DNA of 64,000 bases from Centroscyllium fabricii. Its lineage: Eukaryota. Below are positions 1 to 11,502 of the stretch, piece by piece. The notes below the pieces were generated by a model that searched no databases, had not been told where the DNA came from, and worked only from the letters and a program-made list of their open reading frames with translations. The DNA lies in assembly GCA_051313645.2 (NCBI GenBank), contig JBNRSN020000002.1, positions 577,220,001 to 577,284,000 of the forward strand, in the 5' to 3' direction. The position numbers were made by a program, and so were the translations under genes. How positions within the stretch are numbered: the first letter of the stretch is position 1; every line of letters begins with the position of its first letter.

Positions 1-1357
1 ATTTACAAAAGGCATTTGACAAGGTGCCCCACAGAAGATTATTACTCAAGATAAAAAATCACGGGGTTGGGGGTAATATTCTGGCATGGGTGGAAGATTG
101 GCTTTCTAACAGAAAACAGAGAGTTGGGATAAATGGTTCGTTCTCAGACTGGCAGTCAGTCACTAGTGGTGTTCCGCAAGGGTCGGTGCTGGGACCCCAA
201 CTCTTTACAATCTATATTAATGATTTGGAAGAAGGGACCAAGTGCAACATATCAAAGTTTGCAGATGACACAAAGATGGGAGGGAGGGTGATGAGTGAGG
301 AGGACATTAAAAACCTGCAAAAGGACATAGATAGGCTAAGTGAGTGGGCAGAGATTTGGCAGATGGAGTATAATACTGGAAAGTGTGAAGTTATGCACTT
401 TGGCAGGAAAAATAATAGAGCGAGTTATTATCTAAATGAAAAGAAACTGGAAAGTACTTCAGTGCAAAGGGATCTGGGGGTCTTGGTGCAGGAAACACAG
501 AAAGTTAGTATGCAGGTGGTCAGGAAGGCCAACGGAATGTTGGCTTTTATTGCTAAGGGGATTGAGTATAAAAGCAGGGAGGTCTTGCTGCAGTTGTACA
601 GGGTATTGGTGAGACCACACCTGGAATACTGCATGCAGTTCTGGTATCCATATTTAAGAAAGGACATACTTGCTCTCGAGGCAGTGCAAAGAAGGTTCAC
701 TAGGTTAATTCCGGGGATGAGGGGGCTAACATATGACGAGAGACTGAGTAGATTGGGCCTCTACTCATTGGAGTTCAGAAGAATGAGAGGCGATCTTATT
801 GAAACATATAAGATTGTGAGAGGGCTTGATTGGGTGGATGCGGTGAGGATGTTCCCAATGGTGGGTGAAACTAGGACTAGGGGGCATAATCTTAAATTAA
901 GGGGCTGCCATTTCAAAACTGAGAGGAGGAGAAACTACTTCACTCAAAGGGTGGTGGGGCTGTGGAATTTGCTGCCCCAGAGAGCTGTGGATGCTACTCC
1001 ATTGAACAAATCTAAAACAGAGATAGACAGTTTCCTAGAAGTAAAGGGAATTAGGGGTTATGGTGAGCGGGCAGGTAAGTGGACGTGAGGCTAGGTTCAG
1101 ATCAGCCATGTGATCTCCTGGACCAGTTTTCGATCGCCTAGAGGGGTCGGAGAGGAATTTCCCAGATTTTTTCTCCCAAATTGGCCACTGGGTTTTTTAT
1201 CTGGTTTTTCGCCTCTCCCGGGTGATCACATGGGTTTGGGCGGGATGGAGAGTAAAAATAAAATTGAGGTTAGGATCAGATCAGCCATGATCTTGTTAAA
1301 TGGCGGAGCAGGCTCGAGGGGCCGATTGGCCGACTCCTGCTCCTATTTCTTATGTTA
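1..1357 (+). mobile_element. CR1 LINE, 3' part (RT plus extended 3' UTR); 5' end beyond window
   Basis: ORF 24-1088 with PQGSVLGP, FADD and RPHLEYC motifs; CR1 tail ggcggagcaggctcgaggggcc...ctcctgctcc. Confidence 0.95.
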
Positions 1358-1577
1358 GTAAGGTGGCAAGGCAGAGGAACTCAGGCAGGTAATTCCAGAG
1401 GACTGGAGCAAAGTGGCTGAACCAACGGTAGAGGGAGGGGCAAGGAGTAGGCTAGCATTGGAGGAAGGAAGGGTGCATGTGAGGATGCAAGGCTTGAGAT
1501 CGCTACGGTAGGGTGGGGTGAGACTGTGGGCCAATTTGCAAGTGATACTGAAAATTTAGATGGCAGCTTGGGAGACA

Positions 1578-1777
1578 TAATGTGGAGGTGCCGGTGTTGG
1601 ACTGGGGTGGACAAATGCAAGAAGTCACACAACACCAGATTATAGTCCAACGGTTTTATTTTATATCACAAGCTTTCGGAGCGCTGCTCCTTCCTCAGGT
1701 GTCCACCTGAGGAAGGAGCAGCGCTCCGAAAGCTTGTGATTTAAAATAAAACCGTTGGACTATAATCTGGTGTTGTG
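1578..1777. mobile_element. Penelope-like terminal-repeat insertion, palindromic, with hammerhead motifs
   Basis: 17-bp TSD TGGCAGCTTGGGAGACA (1561-1577, 1778-1794); ~75-bp inverted arms; CTGAGGA-A-GGAGC-agc-GCTCC-GAAAGCTT. Confidence 0.75.
1704..1738 (+). ncRNA. Minimal type-I hammerhead ribozyme motif (mirror copy on - strand ~1667-1701)
   Basis: cac-CUGAGGA-a-GGAGC/GCUCC-GAA-AGCU(palindromic helix III)-U-gug; activity not shown. Confidence 0.6.
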
Positions 1778-2737
1778 TGGCAGCTTGGGAGACAGTAGAG
1801 TTTGCAGAGGATGAGAGACGACAGTAATGAGAAATGCCATTTTGAGTGAGTTGTAATTTGTGGAGGTTTGAGGCAGGGATGCTGGCTGGGAAAGTTCAGC
1901 AAATGGAGTGTTGAGGTGCTGAAGGCATGGATTCGGGTTTTGGTGGTACCGGGGGAAGAGGTAGGGATGGAGGCAGATAATATTGCAGAGGTGAAGAAAA
2001 GTGGTCTTGGTATCGCGTGGACGTTGGGCAGGAAACTAATGTTGGACAGCGTTAGAACTGACAAAATACATTTAAGGATAACGTGTAAATTGGTTGTTTG
2101 TCACGCATACTCTTGCTCTCATTTGTGCAGTTTAATCCAGTTCCAAAGGGGTTGCTTTTGAGGTTTGCCTTCACTGTGTAAGACCCCACAATATTTGCTC
2201 TGCAGCCTACCTTTCCCTGACTCTGTCTCGCACTTCAGTTTTCACTGACGTGTTTTAAAGTGCAGCCCTTCAGCTCATCGCCTGCCGAAGAATGGCGGAA
2301 CTATCCGGTTGTGCAGCAGGCAAGTGCTTTGGTAACTGGGAGTTTAAAATTAGCACTGAATGGACGTGCTGGTGAGTGAAGTATGTGTCAGCTGTACGAG
2401 CAGCCATTGCAGGAACCCACTTGTACCCTGTAACTGGAGCACCACAATGATTTGTGTTTCCTGTCCGACGCAAGCTAACACCTGGCTCCGTGCATTCCAG
2501 TCCATGTGAGATTGGAAACTCGTCAGGTGAACTTACATTTCAGCTTTGAAGCGATGTATTGATGCATCAATACAAAGCACCGCTGTAATACCCAGGAGGG
2601 ACTGAGTTCTTGCGGATCAAGTTGCTTTTAGCATCTCCAAATTGTAATGCGGAAGAGAATTTTATGATTTGATAAATTTATTTTTTTGTTCTCATTTCAG
2701 GTAAGACCAGTTTGGGGATGAACTTGGCCAAATAAAG

Positions 2738-2903
2738 ATGAATCAAGAGGGTCACATGGCATCTTACGGGCAGCCTCAGCCTGGTTACCAAGGGTACCAG
2801 CAGTTCGGATACAGCAGTCAGCATTCGGCGGGCGCTCCACCCTCTCAATATGGACCATACAATGGACCCCCCCAAGGTTACCAACAAACTGCTCTACCAC
2901 AAG
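2738..2903 (+). CDS. SEC24C: SEC24C coding exon 1 (exon begins 2701; ATG 2738)
   Basis: ttctcatttcag| acceptor at 2700; MNQEGHMASYGQPQPGYQGY...YNGPPQGYQQTALPQ; donor AAG|gtatct; phase 1. Confidence 0.92.
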
Positions 2904-3258
2904 GTATCTATTACAGTGAACTAGAAAAAAACACAAGGGTGCAGTGTAGAACTGATTAAAAATCTTTCTTCACTGTTATTTGCCCATCTAATTTTACATT
3001 GTTGAATTTCTCCTTGACCTGCGAAATGCCATTGTACTCCACCGTTGTACATGAAACTCTTGAAATGTTCTTAAGATACTTTATATCACTCTTTTTGTTG
3101 TCTTACTCTTTCTACACATTTCTAGGAAACTAGTGCTGAATATCAAGCAGAATCAAAGAAACTTTGGGAAATGCAGGACATTTTGCCATGTGATATGACT
3201 AAATATTGTCATTTTTATTTTTAATCTGAGGTGGGGGGATGCTTATTCTGTTCTTAAA

Positions 3259-3565
3259 GGATGCACGGTGGCACAGTGGTTAGCACTGTTGCCTTACAGC
3301 ACTAGAGACCCGGGTTCAAATCCGGCCTCGGGTACTATCTGTGTGGAGTTTACACATTCTCCCCGTGTCTGCGTGGGTTCCCTCCGGGTGCTCCGGTTTC
3401 CTCCCACAGTCCAAAGATGTGCGGGTTAGGTTGATTGGCCATGATAAATTGACCCTTAGTGTTAGGGGGATTGAATATGTGGGGTTACGGGGATAGGGTG
3501 GGATATGTGTCGGTGCAGGCTCGATGGGCCGAAATGGCCTCTATCTGCACTGTAGGGATTCTATG
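3259..3565 (+). mobile_element. V-SINE (HE1-like), short-tail variant
   Basis: tRNA-like head (tggcacagtgg...gttcaaatcc); V-domain tgtggagtt...ctccccgtgtctgcgtggg. Confidence 0.9.
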
Positions 3566-3839
3566 TTGCCATAACCCAGCTTTTTACTTCAATCTCTATT
3601 GAGCAATCCCTGAAGTACATGTGCCTGTAAAGGTTGAGGTCGTTGAAAAGGGGCAGTTAAGAAGTCCAAGGCTGCCATTATTTCGCCTTGATCAAGAACA
3701 AGTGGATCTTTGAGCAGAAGAAGCTGATTTTTATCAGTGTGATTGCAGTTTGAAGGTATTTTACAAACACTGGCAAGAGCTGGGGCTGCGCAAAAAGGAG
3801 GTACGAGGTGACGTGGAAAGAGATGCATGTTAAAGCTCT

Positions 3840-4285
3840 AAATAAACAAAGACTTGCATTTATATAGCACCTTTCACGACCACCAGACGTCTCAAAGCGC
3901 TTTACAGTCAATTAAGTACTTTTGAAGTGGAGTCATTGTTGTAATGTGGGAAACGCGGCAGCCAATTTGCGCACAGCAAGGTCCCACAAACAGCAATGTG
4001 ATCAGCAGATAATCTGTTTTTTGTTATGTTGGTTGAGGGATAAATGTTGGCCAGGGCACCAGGGAGAACTCCCTTTCTCCTCTTTTGATTAGTGCCATGG
4101 GATCTTTTACGTCCACTTGAGAGCGTCTCATCCGAAAGACGGCACCTCCGACAGTGCAGCACTCCCTCAGCATTGGCACTGGAGTGTCAACCTAGCTTTA
4201 TGTGCTCAAGTCTCTGGAGTGGGTCTTGAACCCACAACTTTCCAACTCAGGCGAGTGTGCTGCCCACTGAGCCACGGCTGACACA
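3840..4285 (-). mobile_element. Deu-domain SINE (SacSINE1-like)
   Basis: ggcagccaatttgcgcacagcaaggtcccacaaacagcaatgtg core; tRNA-like head at the right end. Confidence 0.8.
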
Positions 4286-5919
4286 GACATTAGAGAGAAT
4301 CAGTTTTGTTTTATTAATTTAAACACTTTCTTCTTCATGAAAGTTGGCCAATTTTCTGGTCGAGGTACAACTTTGTTCGATGGCAACAGGTGTGAAGTAT
4401 ACACCTAGAGTTTAAGGATGCTGGATACAGAATGATGTTTATTTTTCAGTTTCTATTTGCTGAACAAGATCTGCCCCTTGAGTACACATTTGGACACTGC
4501 TGCTGCGTTCTCCTAACCTCGCTTTCTGGCCCATTCGGAATATGGGTGGTTAGAATTGGATATGTTGTTATTTATTGTGCTGCGGTGGACTCGATTGATC
4601 CTCTCATTAAAGCTTTGGGGGGGGGTTTCACCTGTTCATATTCTGAATGAATAAAGGTAGACTAAGTCGGACACCAATTGTGTTTATAATTAACCGGGCG
4701 AATATTTTATCTGTAAATGCATTCAGATCTGTGTAAGTAGAATCCTATAATTTGAGTGATATTGTTGTGTTTGTACTGACATTGTGAGGCTAAGTATTTT
4801 TTCTGTACATGTGTGGATTCTGTCTGTCTTTCCTTTAATGACCTGTTAGACCTGAATTGCGTTTACCCTGATCCCCACTGAACATGTATTTAAAACATTT
4901 CTTGTTTTTCAATGTTGATTGTTGACGGGGTTTTACTTGGGGAAGCAGAAGTATCGTCAGTCAGTCTGTACACCTTGGATGGAGAGAGAGGGGAGGAGGA
5001 GAAGTTAAGAATTTAAGATTTTCAACATATTTTATAGACGGTCACCGTTGGCATTTATCTTGAGGCAGAAGTTTTTGGAACCCCCCCCCCCCCCCCCCCA
5101 AACATTTGGTCTTCCGTCTTCCACACCCCTCATTTTCTTCACCCACCTCTCCTGAGGATGTTGGCTTCTTGCTGGATCCAGTTACACAGACAGGGAACTC
5201 CTCCCCTCCCATCCCCCTGTCGTAGAATCCCCAAGCAGCCATTCTTTGAGAGTTCAGACCAGTGTATTGAATCGCCGAGTGTCATCACATTGCTGTCCTC
5301 ACCTGAAGACTTTGCGCACCTCCAGCAGGGTTTGTTGGATCTCATTGAGAACGGGAACCTTGCTTGTTTGTTTTACCAATCTACAACCTAGGGGTGCTCA
5401 GTCCCTGGCCATTTCTAAAAGCAAAATGTCATTTATTTCACTTTCATTGCAGTTTATTGAAGAGTCCTGACGAGAGTGAGCACGCTGGGATCCATTAGTG
5501 TGCAAATCCCTGTTTCTGTCAGCCTTTGGTACTTGAACAGCATCAATTTAAATGAATTTTGCACACAAGAGGACTTTGTCAGACTTTGCAATCCTTTTGC
5601 TGTCACAGTCATAGAATGACAGAACAGGAGGAAGCCATTCGACCCTTCTTGCCAATGCTGGTTCTTCAGTTATCTATTCCTAATCCCATTCCCCCATCCT
5701 TTTGCTCATAATCCTTCATGCTCTCCCTTTTAAGTGAAGTTATAGTCTCTGCTACTCCACACTCCTTGGGCGCTTCCACTTTCACCTCACTCTGAAGTCT
5801 GAGGTGAAATACTTCAGTATCTCTGCCACCCTTGGTTCTTGATGTGAGATGGCCAGACTTCTTGTAGTGGCCCCATCCTTTGGACTATCCTTCTACAAAC
5901 ATGTTTCATTAAAGAAAAA

Positions 5920-7997
5920 CCCTCACCGTTGCCCTGTCCCTCACCGTTGCCCTGTCCCTCACCGTTGCCCTGTCCCTCACCGTTTCCCCGTCCCTCACCG
6001 TATCCCCTGTCCCTCACCATATCCCTGTCCCTCACCGTATCCCTGTCCCTCACCGTATCCCTGTCCCTCACCGTATCCCTGTCCCTCACCGTATCCCTGT
6101 CCCTCACCGTATCCCTGTCCCTCACCGTATCCCTGTCCCTCACCGTATCCCTGTCCCTCACCGTATCCCTGTCCCTCACCGTATCCCTGTCCCTCACCGT
6201 ATCCCTGTCCCTCACCGTATCCCTGTCCCTCACCGTATCCCTGTCCCTCACCGTTTCCCCGTCCCTCACCGTTTCCCCGTCCCTCACCGTTTCCCCGTCC
6301 CTCACCGTTTCCCCGTCCCTCACCGTTTCCCCGTCCCTCACCGTTTCCCCGTCCCTCACCGTTTCCCCGTCCCTCACCGTTTCCCCGTCCCTCACCGTTT
6401 CCCCGTCCCTCACCGTTTCCCCGTCCCTCACCGTTTCCCCGTCCCTCACCGTTTCCCCGTCCCTCACCGTTTCCCCGTCCCTCACCGTTTCCCCGTCCCT
6501 CACCGTTTCCCCGTCCCTCACCGTTTCCCCGTCCCTCACCGTTTCCCCGTCCCTCACCGTTTCCCCGTCCCTCACCGTTTCCCCGTCCCTCACCGTTTCC
6601 CCGTCCCTCACCGTTTCCCCGTCCCTCACCGTTTCCCCGTCCCTCACCGTTTCCCCGTCCCTCACCGTTTCCCCGTCCCTCACCGTTTCCCCGTCCCTCA
6701 CCGTTTCCCCGTCCCTCACCGTTCCCCCGTCCCTCACCGTTCCCCCGTCCCTCACCGTTCCCCCGTCCCTCACCGTTCCCCCGTCCCTCACCGTTCCCCC
6801 GTCCCTCACCGTTCCCCCGTCCCTCACCGTTCCCCCGTCCCTCACCGTTCCCCCGTCCCTCACCGTTGCCCCGTCCCTCACCGTTGCCCCGTCCCTCACC
6901 GTTGCCCCGTCCCTCACCGTTGCCCCGTCCCTCACCGTTGCCCCGTCCCTCACCGTTGCCCCGTCCCTCACCGTTGCCCCGTCCCTCACCGTTCCCCCGT
7001 CCCTCACCGTTCCCCCGTCCCTCACCGTTCCCCCGTTCCCCCGTCCCTCACCATATCCCTGTCCCTCACCATATCCCTGTCCCTCGCCGTTGCCCCGTCC
7101 CTCGCCGTTGCCCCGTCCCTCGCCGTTGCCCCGTCCCTCGCCGTTGCCCCGTCCCTCGCCGTTGCCCCGTCCCTCGCCGTTGCCCCGTCCCTCGCCGTTG
7201 CCCCGTCCCTCGCCGTTGCCCCGTCCCTCGCCGTTGCCCCGTCCCTCGCCGTTGCCCCGTCCCTCGCCGTTGCCCCGTCCCTCGCCGTTGCCCCGTCCCT
7301 CGCCGTTGCCCCGTCCCTCGCCGTTGCCCCGTCCCTCGCCGTTGCCCCGTCCCTCGCCGTTGCCCCGTCCCTCGCCGTTGCCCCGTCCCTCGCCGTTGCC
7401 CCGTCCCTCGCCGTTGCCCCGTCCCTCGCCGTTGCCCCGTCCCTCGCCGTTGCCCCGTCCCTCGCCGTTGCCCCGTCCCTCGCCGTTGCCCCGTCCCTCG
7501 CCGTTGCCCCGTCCCTCGCCGTTGCCCCGTCCCTCGCCGTTGCCCCGTCCCTCGCCGTTGCCCCGTCCCTCGCCGTTGCCCCGTCCCTCGCCGTTGCCCC
7601 GTCCCTCGCCGTTGCCCCGTCCCTCGCCGTTGCCCCGTCCCTCGCCGTTCCCCCGTCCCTCGCCGTTCCCCCGTCCCTCGCCGTTCCCCCGTCCCTCGCC
7701 GTTCCCCCGTCCCTCGCCGTTCCCCCGTCCCTCGCCGTTCCCCCGTCCCTCGCCGTTCCCCCGTCCCTCGCCGTTCCCCCGTCCCTCGCCGTTCCCCCGT
7801 CCCTCGCCGTTCCCCCGTCCCTCGCCGTTGCCCCGTCCCTCGCCGTTGCCCCGTCCCTCGCCGTTGCCCCGTCCCTCGCCGTTGCCCCGACCCTCTCCTT
7901 ATCCCTGTCCCTCGCCGTTGCCCGGTCCCTCGCCGTTGCCCGGTCCCTCGCCGTTGCCCGGTCGCTCGCCGTTGCCCCATCCCTCGCCGTTGCCCTG
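5920..7997. repeat. 18-bp C-rich minisatellite, ~115 units (ccctcRccgtWNcccYgt)
   Basis: Direct tandem periodicity of 18 bp; variants occur in homogeneous blocks. Confidence 0.98.
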
Positions 7998-10756
7998 TAT
8001 ATTGACCAGTCTCCGTATTCCTTCCCAATCTCACTTTTTGCTTCTTTTTCATTCTGAGCATATTTCTAAGTTTCCTTCAGCATTTCTTCCAATGTTTGTT
8101 ATATGCCTTTCTAAAGCTTTATCCAGAAAAGCCCAGCCTTTTGCTCATCCCGTTTACTCCTATTAGGAATGTGTTTAAATTATACTCTATCCTTTCATAA
8201 TTAAATATCTCCCACTGCTGCTCTTCTGGCTGTTCTGCAATATTAGGCATAGAACGGACAGGTTATGCTGATTTTGTGAATTATGTTTCCCACCAGAAGT
8301 GGATTGACATCATACCCCATGGGTGCTGCTAATAGTGCGTTTGCAATGCGTATTAAAAATTAATTTGGTTTAAAATTGAATAAAGGTGCGGGGGAGGGGG
8401 CTTAATGGTGCATCACATTCTTCTGTGTTTTGTTTGCAGTGCAGCAGGAGGCCGTGCTTTTGCTAATGACACTTTCATGTGGATTTCGAATGGCTCGAGT
8501 GTTACCTGACCTGAAGCAATAACCGTTTTAGAAATTAAAATATGTCTCTTATTTATGGAAATTGTATTGTGATGCACATTTATGTATTTGATTACCATCA
8601 CTGTTTACTGGTAATTTCACAATTGACTACGCCGAGCTTTGTATTTCTATGGATAGCTAATTTAACGCCTTGCACTCAACAAAATTCCTTCCACAAGCAG
8701 GCCGATCGGCGGCCACATCTTTAAGGATTTCTGCATCTTTGACCCTTGCTTGAAGTCGTGTCTGAATTTCAGTTGTCTCAAAGCCACAGTGCTTACATTT
8801 TACCAGTCACCATTTCTGAAGGAAAGTCAAATTTTTGCTGATCAGCTTCAAAGTAGAATTATTTTCTGTAATTGTACAGTTTGTCTCGTTTGGTAACAGA
8901 ATTTTGCAAATTTAAGCTTTAGCGCCTGTGGAGAAAGAAGCCAAGAGCTTACTCATGTTGCTGTTAAGCTTACTTTGCTAATTATTGTTGGGCATTGCAC
9001 CTTTTAATATTTCAACAGGGGCTGAGCAAAGGTTTTTTTTTAATGTTCTTACGCAATCATTAATTTTTCATAGTGCATTATTAGATTTAGACTCTTTTCA
9101 ATCCTTTGCACATTGCGTCTCTATGGAGGATAAAAGCTCGTGAACATAACTGGATTTCAATTTCTGTGCTGCAACAAAACCGCCAGCCGTACGTCAACTG
9201 TTGCTCTGACCCCCTAACAGCTGTACTGATCTCCAACCTTGGACATGAGTTTGCTGATGTTCCAAGCTGACTCCACACCTTCTACACATCCACTTCACCC
9301 CACCACGGACTTCAATGCTGGCTCTCTTCANNNNNNNNNNNNNNNNNNNNNNNNNNNNNNNNNNNNNNNNNNNNNNNNNNNNNNNNNNNNNNNNNNNNNN
9401 NNNNNNNNNNNNNNNNNNNNNNNNNNNNNNNNNNNNNNNNNNNNNNNNNNNNNNNNNNNNNNNNNNNNNNNNNNNNNNNNNNNNNNNNNNNNNNNNNNNN
9501 NNNNNNNNNNNNNNNNNNNNNNNNNNNNNNTCCCCGAACACCATGAAAGTCCCAGAGTTTCCAGCTAATTCCAGGGGGATTTATTTAACACTGTCCAATG
9601 AGGTTGAAGCCTAGTAAGAGAACTATCTCTAATGACGTAGCATGAACTTTGTTCTTCCCTGTTTATCTCCTGGGTGTTGACTCTGTGGATATGCTCCTGT
9701 GGGTAGCAGGAACCTTCCATAACTTGCCCAAGTGCTCTTTATTCAGCAAGCTATATCTGACTGGGGTGGACAACACAAACTAGTCCAATTCTGTCCTCGC
9801 ATCGCACCCACAGACGTGGGCCGCTATATAGCAGTCACAAGCTGGAACCCTGGCCACCTTTCCACCCCTGCCGCTCGGCCAGAGATACCAGCGCCTCCAG
9901 CTGAGATCAATTTGCCCAGCACAGGCAGGGGAGCAACCTGGCCAGTATGCTGACTTTACCTCTCAGCTGCTGAGAGCTGCGAATGATCCGTTTTATATTT
10001 TTGCCAAATCTGGTAAGTTGCACTTTGTGTGCCCCACTGATTCTTCCAGTGTGTTTCAGAAGTTGGCACAATTTGTATGATAGGATTAAGCTGTTTGATA
10101 ACATTCAAAACACTCCCTTTAAAAAGAACTGTTTCAGGATTGCAGTAGCATTCATTGAGTCATAGAAACTTACAGCACAGCAAGAGGCCATTCGGCCCGT
10201 CGTGCCTGTGCTGGCTCTTTGAAAGAGCAGTCGCGCTCAGTCACATGTCTCCGTGCTTTGTCCATAAGCCTGTAAGTTGCTCATCCTCACGTGCCTATCC
10301 AACATTCTTTTTACAGATATTTTTAAGCTGTATTTTATATTCTCCGTGAATATGGAACCCTGATGGTTTTGGAGAATGCTAGGTTAGTGTTGAATCTATG
10401 CACTGAATCCCACAGAGAAACCCCCAATCACATTTAATTGGGTCGCAGAAGTGAATGAGCGGCGACCTACAAAATAATTTCCCCAAAATTATACAGTTGT
10501 GTTTCAGTTTTGCATCACAGTGTAATTTATTTTGCAACAATATCTGAAAGATATTTTAAATCCAGTCTATACTTTCATATGTTTTGCCTATTTTATGCAG
10601 AGACTTGGCTGGCCTGAGTTTAGAACTGTTTCTTTTTGTCGCGCTAGTGTCTAGTTTGTTAAATAAATGAAATTTCAGAGTTTTCTAATAAGACAGTTAT
10701 GTAGGAAGCTTCTAGTTTTACTCCTACATTATAAGGGACTTTTCATTATTTTGGTC

Positions 10757-11245
10757 TCTCTTAGGCAGCCCCTGGGAACCGAGGCTGACTTGCTTCCACA
10801 TTAAAAATGAGTTTGCAGGTGACTGACGAGTCAAATGTGGGACCTACAGTCTCTGTCACAGGTGGTTGAAGGGGCAGGTGGGTGGGGTGCTTGGGTTGAC
10901 GTGCGCTCTTTGCGCTGCCTGCGCTTGGCTTCCGCTTGCTCCCGGCGAAGAGACTCGAGGTGTTCGGCGCCTTCCCGGATGCTTCTCCTCCACTTTGTGC
11001 GGTCTCGGGCCAGGGATTCCCAGGTGTCGGTGGGGATGCTGCACTTTTCCAAAGAGGCTTTGAGGGTGTCCTTGAAGCATTTCCTCTGCCCACCTGGGGC
11101 TCTCTTGCCGTGCCAGAGCTCCGAGTAGAGCGCCTGTTTTGGGACTCTCAGATCGGGCATGCAGACAATGTGACCCGTCCATCGGAGCTGATCGAGCGTG
11201 GTCAAAGCTTCGATGCTGGGGATGTTGGCCTGAGCGAGAACACTG
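10757..11245 (-). mobile_element. RTE-clade LINE 3' fragment
   Basis: QLRWTGHIVCMPDLRVPKQALYSEL..GKRAPGGQRKCFKDTLKASL is a typical RTE C-terminus. Confidence 0.9.
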
Positions 11246-11363
11246 AATTATTTTGGTGTTGTGCTGTTGGCATCACAATTACAGAATAAGCAAATCCATT
11301 AATAACGTTCCCCATTTTCAGAGATGCATTTGTTAAAATTCTAATGTTTTAAATATTTTGTAG

Positions 11364-11502
11364 GTCCTTTAAGGCCACCACCAGCATCAGGAGCACCCCT
11401 AACCTCATTACCGCCTTCAGCAGCTGCACAGCAGCCAACCTATAACCAGTACGGGCAGGGGGACGTACAGAATGGGCCTGCAGTGCCTGACCAGATGCAA
11501 AG
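11364..11502 (+). CDS. SEC24C: SEC24C coding exon 2
   Basis: ttttgtag| ... |gtttgt; GPLRPPPASGAP...QYGQGDVQNGPAVPDQMQR; phase 1 to 2. Confidence 0.92.

Larger units (their letters stand above)
1365..2060 (-). mobile_element. Degenerate L2-like LINE fragment, interrupted by a Penelope-like insertion
   Basis: Minus strand near 1960-2050 resembles the L2 post-RT motif (..ITKT.F.HL.NI..L.P) with frameshifts. Confidence 0.45.

Noticed and set aside
3259-3330. tRNA genes at SINE heads
   Set aside because: A/B boxes run directly into V-SINE bodies; these are SINE promoters.
5814-8166. Long ORFs of 331-745 aa on both strands
   Set aside because: Stop-free translations of the 18-bp minisatellite; no splice context or domain.
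8418-8612. Strong-looking acceptor tttgcag with a downstream ctg|gtaatt
   Set aside because: No SEC24-like reading frame, and exons 1 and 2 already join in phase; no supporting evidence.
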